Shown: positions 10,301 to 17,685 of the stretch, in pieces
How positions within the stretch are numbered: the stretch's first letter is position 1
Layout of the letters: each line of letters begins with the position of its first letter
Origin: Candidatus Heimdallarchaeota archaeon B3_Heim
Lineage (GTDB): Archaea > Asgardarchaeota > Heimdallarchaeia > Hodarchaeales > Hodarchaeaceae
Reading direction: 5' to 3'
Assembly (NCBI GenBank): GCA_003144275.1
Contig: NJBF01000038.1
Span: 1-32,000 of the forward strand
DNA length: 32,000 nt
Notes under the pieces: generated by a model
Databases searched by the model: none
What the model was told of the DNA's origin: nothing
The model's input: only the letters and a program-made list of their open reading frames with translations
Made by a program: the position numbers and the translations under genes

Positions 10301-10850
10301 TCTAAAATACAGAAAAAACCCAGCTATTAAAACAGCTTTAGTCAATGTTGATCAAATTGATGATTTCATAAGATATGAATGGCTTGTATCTGCAAAATAT
10401 CAAACTCAACAAACAGATCAAGTTATGGAAAGAATCAATCTTTTAAAAGATGGTTTCAGCAAACATCCTGAAATTGACCCTCTCATTCCTAAGAATTTGA
10501 GAAAAAGAGCATTTATCGAAGGTATTTATGAAAAAGCAATCGATGCAGACTCACAATATATATTTGAGAAAGAAATGGACAATATAAAAACCCAGATTCA
10601 TTCCTCCGAGGAAAATTTCAACCTATTTATCGGACAGAAGGGGAAAAATACAATAACTGACAAAGTAGTAGAAAATTATATTGGAGGCATTCAAGAGAAA
10701 CTGCAAAAATTAATTAACCAGATAGGCCAACCTGATGGAATTGAGTCCATTGGGCAATTTAGGTATCATTGGGGGAAGATTGTGACCTTGGATTATTATA
10801 GGAGAATTCAGAAGTATTTTCGGATTTTTCCCCAACAAGATAAAAAATGA
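7332..10850 (+). CDS. Large hypothetical protein: Glu-rich disordered N-terminus, basic middle, C-terminal PD-(D/E/Q)xK-like nuclease domain
   Basis: 1172-aa ORF. The first ~280 aa are very E/Q/K rich. FAPDVIIKDKSGNLLAVIQLKG at 10176-10241 resembles a PD...QxK (Mrr-type) catalytic motif. Confidence 0.55.
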   Translation: MSTEEEMPEKEKKKEREEQTEEQREIFTEIEEKLLAEGPYNDQTIVEAENMEISESSPPEEINEKPIDDQKEQNIEDYALRENQKEEIKKIEASLVTMAEEGFNDQQVIYEEEREESTSEHVTSQKEQLGEQIEENNEKVQGIEEIPLTPEKNRDQIQEEVETPNVLEVERRGEGLEELETVVSTQERFTDQQIVWEDETQKDRVVKLRIQDKSDKKDILFEKNRREANKEDERRSQSQIVQEARGLSREETKQKNIKQKSTHKEENDTRLSVIQSGQQATQTGTHSDLTILAREWNQYITNGGRITVDMWEIYNNIQEKYNKPIVLYKEDEEINTYRMSPSGKLFSQLDASLFNERLSNPSKQISKLLDYWLIQRGKKEGIKPFFEVTIENPNTKEMETYWIPNARQRVWNPYEGKDQRFFYGPRSAGRMITNFLTDKVRLSQSNFNVYLKLEENLRMKFPKLGIQTGNMSFNGQKILFNTFNRLKYSREVTEEVIQLLFWKYVDSHSKRYIQNSSLKISELVEYCKENEITGRKNITQMKIFVPKSNPVILNNTMENKLNNAMNKPSTSGRNNELTHKPKLQIVTKPKDTEAYISSRPIVKNLLTTLKIIEDNFGINGLSPAYKPPKNLILSYDNSNKNKLIINAESADDKDLAHFLLEGFQLSSRSKTAKGAFWFGKIMHPMKGKSKNEWHKFTSFLKSRSERKIENHDKWYSSKHAGGEKTVRRRINVEIDINGFKLLKAELMDNAVSLANDSSHRIWVKQTRADARRNKNPTDALKRAEENIQWWNSIRTLVPIGSENYQEQALLYLMNIKKSADESLGRTIISQKLTNIEFSKITQELEQISIREVKDVKTSKLMTLHEVIPVEESHRIGSMGYAFDVFNEHLGANIGFKAQLAFMNKFCPSQSPLAEYLGLDKIKLRGCEIELKWGDRKGYANTGLSMTDTFAPDVIIKDKSGNLLAVIQLKGYSQTRTSIQPNVSVIQLLELLKYRKNPAIKTALVNVDQIDDFIRYEWLVSAKYQTQQTDQVMERINLLKDGFSKHPEIDPLIPKNLRKRAFIEGIYEKAIDADSQYIFEKEMDNIKTQIHSSEENFNLFIGQKGKNTITDKVVENYIGGIQEKLQKLINQIGQPDGIESIGQFRYHWGKIVTLDYYRRIQKYFRIFPQQDKK
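7449..7928 (+). repeat. Three dispersed copies of a short peptide motif in the acidic N-terminus
   Basis: YNDQTIVEAE (from 7449), FNDQQVIYEEE (from 7638) and FTDQQIVWEDE (from 7896). Confidence 0.6.
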
Positions 10851-10909
10851 GATAAACTTAACTTTGAGCTGAATATTTACAAAAAATAAATTGTATGTGG
10901 AGAATAACA

Positions 10910-12127
10910 ATGGAATTAACATCTGAAGAACAAGAGATGGCGGCAGGGAAACATGGCAAAGCGGCTCAAACGGCCATGAACATTTTAGTAACCTTGGGTG
11001 AAATTTACGGTGCGAAAAAACTTATTGATATTACCTCGGTTCAAATAGCTGGCGTAAGCTACGCAAATTTGAATGAACCCGGGTTAGCATGGTTAGAAGA
11101 AATGGCAAAAGACGGAAAAGTTAGAACTTTCACCACTTTAAATCCTGCTGGAAAACTTAATAGCTAGACAATAGCTATTAGGTCCAGAATGGATTTAGAG
11201 GAATGGCGTAAGTTAGCTATAAGTGAGGAGTTTGCAGAGAACCAGAAAAAGGTCGTAGAGGCATTTGGAGCCCTCGGAGTTATTACTACCTGCTCATGTA
11301 CTCCCTACCTATATGGTAATCTTCCTGCATACGGCCAGAATATCGCATGGAGTGAAAGCTCTGCTGTTTGTTACGCTAATTCTGTATTAGGTGCAAAATC
11401 CAATCGTGAAGGTGGACCAAGCGCCTTGAGTGCAGCACTTGTCGGAAAGACTCCTGAATATGGATTTCACCTTCATGAGAATCGTCAACCAGAAATCAAA
11501 GTCGATGTACAGTGTGATGTGAAGAGTACGTTTCGATTTGGTGCCTTAGGAAAAGTACTTGGAGATCGTTTCGGTAAAAAGATTACGTATATTGCTGGAA
11601 TCTCCAAGGCTTCGGTTGAAGAGCTAAAATCATTTTGTGCCTCATATGCCACTTATGGTGGTGTTGCATTATTTCACATGGAAGATATTACTCCGAATCG
11701 AGTTGATAAAATCCCTGATACGGTAGAAACTGTTACTGAGGATGATATGAAGAAGGCTCTTGGAGATTTAGACGATGAAACCGAAATAGATTTCATCAGT
11801 TTGGGTTGTCCTCATGCTTCACTAAAGGAATTGGAATACATCGCCAAGAAATTGGAAGGAAAATCCATTAATCCAAAGAAAGAAGTATGGATCACCACTG
11901 CTCGACCAACTAAGCAAATCGCTGACCGAATGGGATTTACAAAACTAATTGAAGATTCTGGTGCCAAAGTTGCAGCAGATACATGTTGTGTTGTAGCACC
12001 AATCAAAGGTCGATTTCACGGTTTAGCGTCTGATTCGGCGAAAATGTGTTATTATGGATCTGGACGCAACAAGTTCGCGGTAAAATTAATGTCAATGGAT
12101 GAATGTCTAGAGGAGGCTTTATCATAA
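10910..12127 (+). CDS. acnX1: Phosphomevalonate dehydratase large subunit (aconitase X, AcnX type II), join(10910..11153,11190..12127), 393 aa after removing a 36-nt insertion
   Basis: The two track ORFs (10895-11167, 11189-12127) are in the same frame. Motifs: SVQIAGVSY, TTLNPAG|MDLEEW, Fe-S ligand motifs TCSCTPY, LGCPH and DTCCVV, and NREGGPSAL. GTGGAG SD-like sequence precedes ATG 10910. Confidence 0.92.
11154..11189 (+). other. Candidate bulge-helix-bulge/loop (BHB/BHL) pre-mRNA intron, 36 nt
   Basis: Exon-exon helix 11136-11145:11191-11200 (10 bp, one G-U); 2x3 internal loop UG/AAU; 4-bp central helix CUGG:CCAG (11148-51:11184-87); 3-nt bulge AAA (11152-54); 12-bp intron stem 11155-66:11172-83 with loop GACAA. 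In-frame TAG at 11165-67. Cutting after the 2nd nt of each bulge gives GCT GGA ATG GAT (A-G-M-D). Confidence 0.85.
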
Positions 12128-12516
12128 TGAAATTAACAGGTAGAAAAATTTTCAAAGGCAAAGCTTCTGGTGAGGCTTTAGTTACAAAGGATAGCATCTC
12201 ATTTTATGGTGGGGTTGATCCAGAAAATGGTGTTGTCGTTGAAAAAGACCATGAATTAGAAGGTATCAATATCAATGATAAAATTCTAGTTTTTCCTTCT
12301 GGTAAAGGATCTACAGTAGGATCTTACGTTATTTATCAAATGGCTATGACAGGAAAAGGGCCCAAAGCTTTAGTACTTAATGATTGTGAAGCCATCGTTG
12401 CAGTAGGGACGATAATTTCGGAGCTTCCCTGTGTAGATCAAATAGATGTCACTAAAATCGAAACTGGAATGCAATTAAACGTTGATGGTGAAAACGGTAT
12501 AGTAGAGATACTTTAA
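12127..12516 (+). CDS. acnX2: Phosphomevalonate dehydratase small (swivel-domain) subunit
   Basis: GEALVTKDSISFYGGVDP and LVFPSGKGSTVGSY motifs. ATG at 12127 overlaps the acnX1 stop (TAATG) and has GGAGG upstream; the track start at 12103 is probably too far upstream. Confidence 0.92.
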   Translation: MKLTGRKIFKGKASGEALVTKDSISFYGGVDPENGVVVEKDHELEGININDKILVFPSGKGSTVGSYVIYQMAMTGKGPKALVLNDCEAIVAVGTIISELPCVDQIDVTKIETGMQLNVDGENGIVEIL

Positions 12517-12523
12517 CATCTCT

Positions 12524-13638
12524 CTACCCTTTTTCTATTTTCATTCCTTCACTCGAAAATTCGATATCAATGGGCATTATCCCATTTTTTATCCATTCCT
12601 TGACAATTAATGCTGCATTAATTGCATTGAAACATACTCCTACACTGCAGTCTCCACCCCCTGCGCCTGAAAATTTTGCCACTGCTCCATATTTTGATGC
12701 TGTATGACTCATAATTTGATGGGCTTCAATTTCTAGGTGACAGGAGCAGGCGAAACTTAATTCTTCTAATAAAATTCTATTTTGGTCGAGTAATTTCAGG
12801 ATAGCTACTTGGTTCTTGGATTGGATGGCTTCAATTAATTTTTCAGTCACATCCGCAATTCTAGAGATAATAGTATAATAACTATCAGGATCTTTTTGCT
12901 TATACAGTTTCATTTCTTGGACTAATTTCTTTGTAGAAGCACTCGTGCCAGTAAATCCTACCATCATAACAAGATCGGCTGGTAAATTAATTGGGATGCA
13001 TTGTAATAGAGGCCATTCTTCATTAACTAAATTACTCTGAGAGTCAGTTGATATCTTTTGTTGTAACCATTCAGGATCAAACTTTCTGTAAATAAGTGCT
13101 CCTCCGAAAGTGGATGCAGCGACATCAAACCCAGATCCGAGTTTTCCTTGCCCCAAGTAATGCGAGATTATACTCAGTTTAAATATTGCTTCTTTATCCT
13201 GTTGTGTGAATGAAGAGTTCGAATGGTATTGAATTACAGCACCAATAATTGCTACTACTGCCGCCGCGCTACTCCCGAATCCTACCTTCATTTCTTTTCC
13301 TGTTTCCTCATTTTTAACCGAGCTGATATCACCCCAGGTTTTCAAGTGGAACGGTTGTATCGGGATGTTTCTTGCCTCGAGATACCGTAGCGCAGATTCG
13401 ATGGCATACTTAGTAAATATAACTCTTGTATCTTCACTATCAATGGAAAGAGTCCCCCCAGAGTAGAAACATTTCGAGGATAAATTGAAATCATTCAGAC
13501 GGATTGAAATATGGTCATCAGGTTGAATTGCAGAAAAACTCTCTGTTGAACTGCAAGGACTATACATCTAACATTTTTCTCTAGGATACTCCATTCACCC
13601 GAGAGCATTAATTTTCCAGGAGCCGAAACTACAATCAT
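12524..13638 (-). pseudogene. mvaK2: Phosphomevalonate kinase (GHMP, Gram-positive mvaK2/ERG8-like) with a single-base frameshift near codon 35; pseudogene, recoded gene or sequencing error
   Basis: The true N-terminus MIVVSAPGKLMLSGEWSILE...LAVQQRVF starts at ATG 13638 (GAGGT SD 6 nt upstream) in a different frame from the track ORF. One extra T in the minus-strand T5 run (plus A5, 13534-13538) joins it to SAIQPDDHI... Body motifs: KVGFGSSAA, GSGFDVAAS, KFSGAGGGDC. Confidence 0.85.
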
Positions 13639-13659
13639 CTAACAACCTCATTTACTCTG

Positions 13660-14652
13660 TCAAAATAAGTGATCCTCGGTTAATCTTGCCTCTTTACCTG
13701 GATGGCAAATAATTATATCTTTAACTAAATTTATTTCTGTTACCCTAGATTTTATTGTTTCTATATCTTTTTGTTGACAGAGAATTTTCACCTGTGGTCC
13801 TGCATCCATAGTGAAGTAGCATTCAATTCCCTCTTCTCGGAGTTTCAGTACCTCTTTCATAATAGACAATGATCCTGCTTCCCAATAAATAATAGGAGGA
13901 GTTGTTGTCTGCATGGTTGCGTGCATTTTAATAGCATTTAATTCAGCGATCTTTCCTAATTGAATAAAATCCTTTTCTGAGATTGCTTGTTTCATTTTCT
14001 CCACATCAGATTCAATCGTGTCTAACCATGCACTATAAAATGGAGAATTCTTCACCGTTTGACTCATTCCTGCACGGGAGGAGACTTTTTTCTCTTCACT
14101 TGAGATAATTGTTACAATCATAGATAATTCTGGCCAATGAGCTTCTTTCTCTATTTGGAGTGCATAGCTATCTGAGCCATCTGACATGGAACCTTTGGTC
14201 CACTCCACAAAGCCTCCTAGAATACTTCTGGAAGCGCTTCCACTCCCTCGTCTTGCAAGAATGCTTAAATCTTTCACGGTGAAATCTTGACCTAAGGCTT
14301 TTGTCCCTGTTAAAGTGAGAGCTGCAAAACCAGAGGCCGAACTAGCTAATCCAGCTTTCTTAGGAAAATTACTTTCACTCATAACCTTAGCAAATATCTT
14401 GTGGGGGGATGATTTTTGTAATAGCTCCAGATGATTCGCTACTCTAGCCAACTCTTCACCTTTTACTACCTTTCTATTGATGGTTACCTCGTACTCTGAT
14501 AAAGTTTTATTAAATTCAACTGTTGTCTTAGTATTAAGATTATTCAATGTCATTGAAACACTCGAATTATAAGGTAAAATTAAATCGGAGTTTCTTTTTC
14601 CCCAGTACTTTACTAATGCAATATTGGAATTTGCAATTGCAGTTGTTTTCAT
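13660..14652 (-). CDS. mvaD: Diphosphomevalonate decarboxylase
   Basis: ANSNIALVKYWGKR, AGLASSASGFAAL, ARRGSGSASRS and YFTMDAGP motifs. Likely start MKTT at 14652. The adjacent PMK favours diphospho- over monophospho-specificity (inference). Confidence 0.88.
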   Translation of the reverse strand: MKTTAIANSNIALVKYWGKRNSDLILPYNSSVSMTLNNLNTKTTVEFNKTLSEYEVTINRKVVKGEELARVANHLELLQKSSPHKIFAKVMSESNFPKKAGLASSASGFAALTLTGTKALGQDFTVKDLSILARRGSGSASRSILGGFVEWTKGSMSDGSDSYALQIEKEAHWPELSMIVTIISSEEKKVSSRAGMSQTVKNSPFYSAWLDTIESDVEKMKQAISEKDFIQLGKIAELNAIKMHATMQTTTPPIIYWEAGSLSIMKEVLKLREEGIECYFTMDAGPQVKILCQQKDIETIKSRVTEINLVKDIIICHPGKEARLTEDHLF

Positions 14653-14786
14653 TAGCATCATAACCATAAAGAATGTGTAGAACAAAGATTAATTAGTCAA
14701 TCTATGTTAAAATGATTTATTCATAATGAAGTTATTTCCGTAGTAGTATTCTATTAAATGTAAGAATTTCTAGTGTTTATTCTGTA

Positions 14787-15380
14787 TTGGAGAATGTATT
14801 CTTGAAATCTAAAAAAATTATTGTCGCTTTAACAGGTGCTTCTGGAATAGATTATGGAATTGAAGCAATTAGGGCTCTATCATCTCATGATGTCGAAACT
14901 CACGTCATTATTAGTAAGTGGGCGAAGCAAGTGATCGAAAAAGAATCATTTAACACATTAGATGATTTTCAAAAGTTACCTGATTACATGTATAAAGAGA
15001 ATGATATGAGTGCAGCAATTTCCAGTAGTTCTACGATACTTGATGGTATGGTTGTGATTCCAGCCACTGTTAAGACTGTTAGCAATATTGCAACAGCTAA
15101 TACTGGAAACTTAATTTCTCGAGCAGCAGATAATATGTTAAAAATGAAAAAACCACTAATTATCGGTATTCGAGAAACTCCGTTAAGTCCTGGATGTCTA
15201 CACAATCTAAATCAGCTTTCCTTGTATGGTGCGATCGTTCTACCTTTGAGTCCTGGATTCTATCACCGTCCTAAATCTATACAGGATTTATTCGATTTTA
15301 TTTCGGGAAAGATATTGGATTGTTTCAATATACCCAATGATAAATATACACGATGGAATAGTGTCATACAATCAGAGTAA
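14787..15380 (+). CDS. ubiX: Flavin prenyltransferase UbiX
   Basis: IIVALTGASG, PATVKTVSNIA, SRAAD, IRETPL and PGFYHRPKSI motifs. TTG start is uncertain. Confidence 0.92.
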   Translation: MENVFLKSKKIIVALTGASGIDYGIEAIRALSSHDVETHVIISKWAKQVIEKESFNTLDDFQKLPDYMYKENDMSAAISSSSTILDGMVVIPATVKTVSNIATANTGNLISRAADNMLKMKKPLIIGIRETPLSPGCLHNLNQLSLYGAIVLPLSPGFYHRPKSIQDLFDFISGKILDCFNIPNDKYTRWNSVIQSE

Positions 15381-15422
15381 CCATTATATTTGACAAGATA
15401 ACCATCAAGAAGTGTACCACAA

Positions 15423-16559
15423 ATGGAATCTAAGACCTCACCTCACGAAATTGATGAGAAAAAAGAAACAACAATTACTTCTGAACGAAAACTTGCCCAT
15501 TTACAGATTTGTCTTGAAAATGATGTTCAAGGCCGTAATATCACCACAGGCTTGGAAGATATTTCCTTTGTGCATCACGCGACTACTGATCTCAATATGG
15601 AGGATATAAATTTATCAATAGAGATTTTCGGGAAAAAATTACGATTTCCAATAATTATTTCGGGAATGACTGGCGGTCATGCCTTTTCCCAGCAGTTAAA
15701 TGATTATCTATCTCAAGTAGCAGAAAAAACACAGATAGGTATGGGTGTTGGAAGTCAACGGGCTGCCTTGGAAGATGCTCAAGCACGTGAGTCGTTTGAA
15801 ATTGTAAAAAATAATGCCCCTACAACCCTTAAGATTGGAAATATAGGTGCAGGACAAATAGTAGATGGTTTAACGTCCCCGGACTTGAAAGACATTGTTT
15901 CTATGATAAATGCGGATGCAGTAGCATTCCATTTTAATCCATTACAGGAATCTATTCAACCTGAAGGTGATACAAACCTTCATGGACTGATAGATCGAGT
16001 TTCACAACTGATCGATGTATCCCCGACTCCGATCATTGCGAAAGAGGTAGGTTCAGGGTTTAGTCGGTTTGATATTGATCGTATAGAGAAATCAGGGTTT
16101 GCAGGAATTGATATTCAAGGAGCAGGGGGTACCTCATGGGCTGGTGTCGAATCTATCAGAGCAGAAGTTCCAAAATATAAAAAAACAGGGGAAATATTTT
16201 GGGATTGGGGATTACCTACAGCTATTAGCACCATTTTTGCAAAGGAATCATTTAATGGACATATTATAGGATCAGGAGGCGTCAGAAACGGATTGGAAGT
16301 TGCTAAACTACTCGCACTCGGAGTAGATGCAGCAGGGATGGCCATTCCATTCCTATTTGCTGCACAGGATCATTCAATAGAAAAATCCCTAAAATATATC
16401 GAAGAAATCGCATATCAAATTCGCCTTGCCTGTTTTTTAACAGGATCCCAAAGCATTGAAGAATTAAAATCCGTTCCTCTTATCATCTCTGGAAAAACAG
16501 CTGATTTGCTAAGAGCTTTTGGAATTGACCCAAGAGAGTACTTTTCTCGACCAAATTAA
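15423..16559 (+). CDS. fni: Type 2 isopentenyl-diphosphate delta-isomerase (FMN-dependent)
   Basis: RKLAHL, ISGMTGG, GVGSQR, HFNPLQESIQPEGD, KEVGSG, GAGGTSW and SGGVRNG motifs. Confidence 0.96.
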   Translation: MESKTSPHEIDEKKETTITSERKLAHLQICLENDVQGRNITTGLEDISFVHHATTDLNMEDINLSIEIFGKKLRFPIIISGMTGGHAFSQQLNDYLSQVAEKTQIGMGVGSQRAALEDAQARESFEIVKNNAPTTLKIGNIGAGQIVDGLTSPDLKDIVSMINADAVAFHFNPLQESIQPEGDTNLHGLIDRVSQLIDVSPTPIIAKEVGSGFSRFDIDRIEKSGFAGIDIQGAGGTSWAGVESIRAEVPKYKKTGEIFWDWGLPTAISTIFAKESFNGHIIGSGGVRNGLEVAKLLALGVDAAGMAIPFLFAAQDHSIEKSLKYIEEIAYQIRLACFLTGSQSIEELKSVPLIISGKTADLLRAFGIDPREYFSRPN

Positions 16560-16660
16560 ATAGAAAATTAAATAGAAATTGGGGTAAAGTCGATTTACGA
16601 ATAAAACTTCAGCTAAAACTTTTTATTTATGAATTTAGGCTGATTCATTTGCCCGACCAA

Positions 16661-16751
16661 GGATTGGGTTGAAATTAAACCAAAATCCGAGAACTTCTAC
16701 ACCATTTTTTTCAGATGCTGTAGAATTTCTTACGTCCTAGACCCTGGAGGT
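16661..16751 (+). promoter_or_regulatory. Structured 5' leader of rpl7ae with a possible k-turn/k-loop over the SD
   Basis: Hairpins at 16661-16688 and 16691-16729, then GTC-CTA-GAC-CCT-GGAGGT (16734-16751), which fits a weak k-turn pattern and includes the GGAGG SD. Confidence 0.3.
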
Positions 16752-16761
16752 CGAAATAAAC

Positions 16762-17139
16762 ATGAGTAAACCATTCTATGTAAATTATGAACAGCCTGAA
16801 GGGCTTGAAAATGATGCTTTAACGGTATTGGAAACTGTTAGTGCTGATCCATCCAATATTCGAAAAGGTACAAATGAAACGACAAAAAGTGTCGAACGTG
16901 GAGATGCTAAGCTGGTATTCTTAGCATTAGATGTAGATCCACCTGAAATTGTAGCACATATTCCCCTCCTATGCAAAGATAAGAAAATTCCATACATGTT
17001 TGTAACAACTAAAGAGATATTGGGAAATGCTTGTAATCTTGGTGTAAAAACAGCCAGCTGTTCAATTGTCAATGAAGGCGAAGTAAAAGCCAAAATCGAT
17101 AATCTTGCAGCCCGAATTAAGGAGCTAGCTGGAATTTAA
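16762..17139 (+). CDS. rpl7ae: 50S ribosomal protein L7Ae
   Basis: IRKGTNETTKSVERG, DVDPPEIVAH and LGNACNLGV motifs. Confidence 0.97.
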   Translation: MSKPFYVNYEQPEGLENDALTVLETVSADPSNIRKGTNETTKSVERGDAKLVFLALDVDPPEIVAHIPLLCKDKKIPYMFVTTKEILGNACNLGVKTASCSIVNEGEVKAKIDNLAARIKELAGI

Positions 17140-17152
17140 GAGGCCTGCATGA

Positions 17153-17368
17153 ATGAGTGAGGATAATATCAGTATTCCAGCTGAAGTACTGCAGATAATT
17201 GGCCGTACAGGCGTAACAGGAGAAATCACTCAAGTTCGTGTACGAGTCTTAGAGGGCCGCGACCGTGGCCGTATTATCGTACGCAATGTAAAGGGACCTG
17301 TACGAAAAGGCGATACACTCCTCTTAAGAGAAACAGAAAGAGAAGCGCGGAATTTAAAGCGCCCGTAA
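17153..17368 (+). CDS. rps28e: 30S ribosomal protein S28e
   Basis: [17 protein letters not shown] and [23 protein letters not shown] motifs. Confidence 0.97.
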   Translation: MSEDNISIPAEVLQIIGRTGVTGEITQVRVRVLEGRDRGRIIVRNVKGPVRKGDTLLLRETEREARNLKRP

Positions 17369-17387
17369 AAAAAAGAAGGTAGATTAT

Positions 17388-17588
17388 ATGGTACGTTTAT
17401 TTGATTGTGCATATTGCGCAAATAAAATAGAGCCAGGAACAGGCATGTCCTTTGTTCGAAAGAATGGACAACTGGTTCGTTTTTGTAGTCGGAAATGTCA
17501 ACGTTCATTATTGGACTTCAAACGTGACCCTCGGAAGTTTAAATGGACTAAGAAATACGTTCCGAAGATCAAAGTTAAGGCTAAGTGA
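17388..17588 (+). CDS. rpl24e: 50S ribosomal protein L24e
   Basis: CAYCANKIEPGTG, FCSRKC and RDPRKFKWT motifs; conserved L7Ae-S28e-L24e order. Confidence 0.96.
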   Translation: MVRLFDCAYCANKIEPGTGMSFVRKNGQLVRFCSRKCQRSLLDFKRDPRKFKWTKKYVPKIKVKAK

Positions 17589-17685
17589 GTAATGATATCA
17601 TTCCTTTCCTAACTTTCTGCAAAACAATCTAAAAAAGGTGTAAAATTCGGCTGTAAATCTATGCCGAATATCTCATTTTATTTTT

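Noticed and set aside
11165-11167. In-frame TAG as a pyrrolysine or readthrough codon with a downstream stem
   Set aside because: Readthrough would leave a 12-residue insert (KLNS*TIAIRSR) inside the conserved NPAG-MD motif. No pyl genes are in the window, and the BHB geometry explains the whole 36 nt exactly.
11189-12127. Independent gene starting at ATG 11189 (naturally split AcnX1)
   Set aside because: This Met is the conserved internal M of NPAGMD, and there is only a weak AGGT upstream, buried in the stem. Re-initiation is not excluded but is less parsimonious than splicing.
13520-13560. Second intron explaining the PMK frame break (TTGCAG...CTGCAA inverted repeat)
   Set aside because: No bulge-4bp-bulge geometry, and the protein pattern needs one added base rather than removal of a segment.
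16554-16580. Short tandem duplication AATTAAATAGAA after the fni stop
   Set aside because: Two AT-rich copies only; consistent with slippage and no functional signal.
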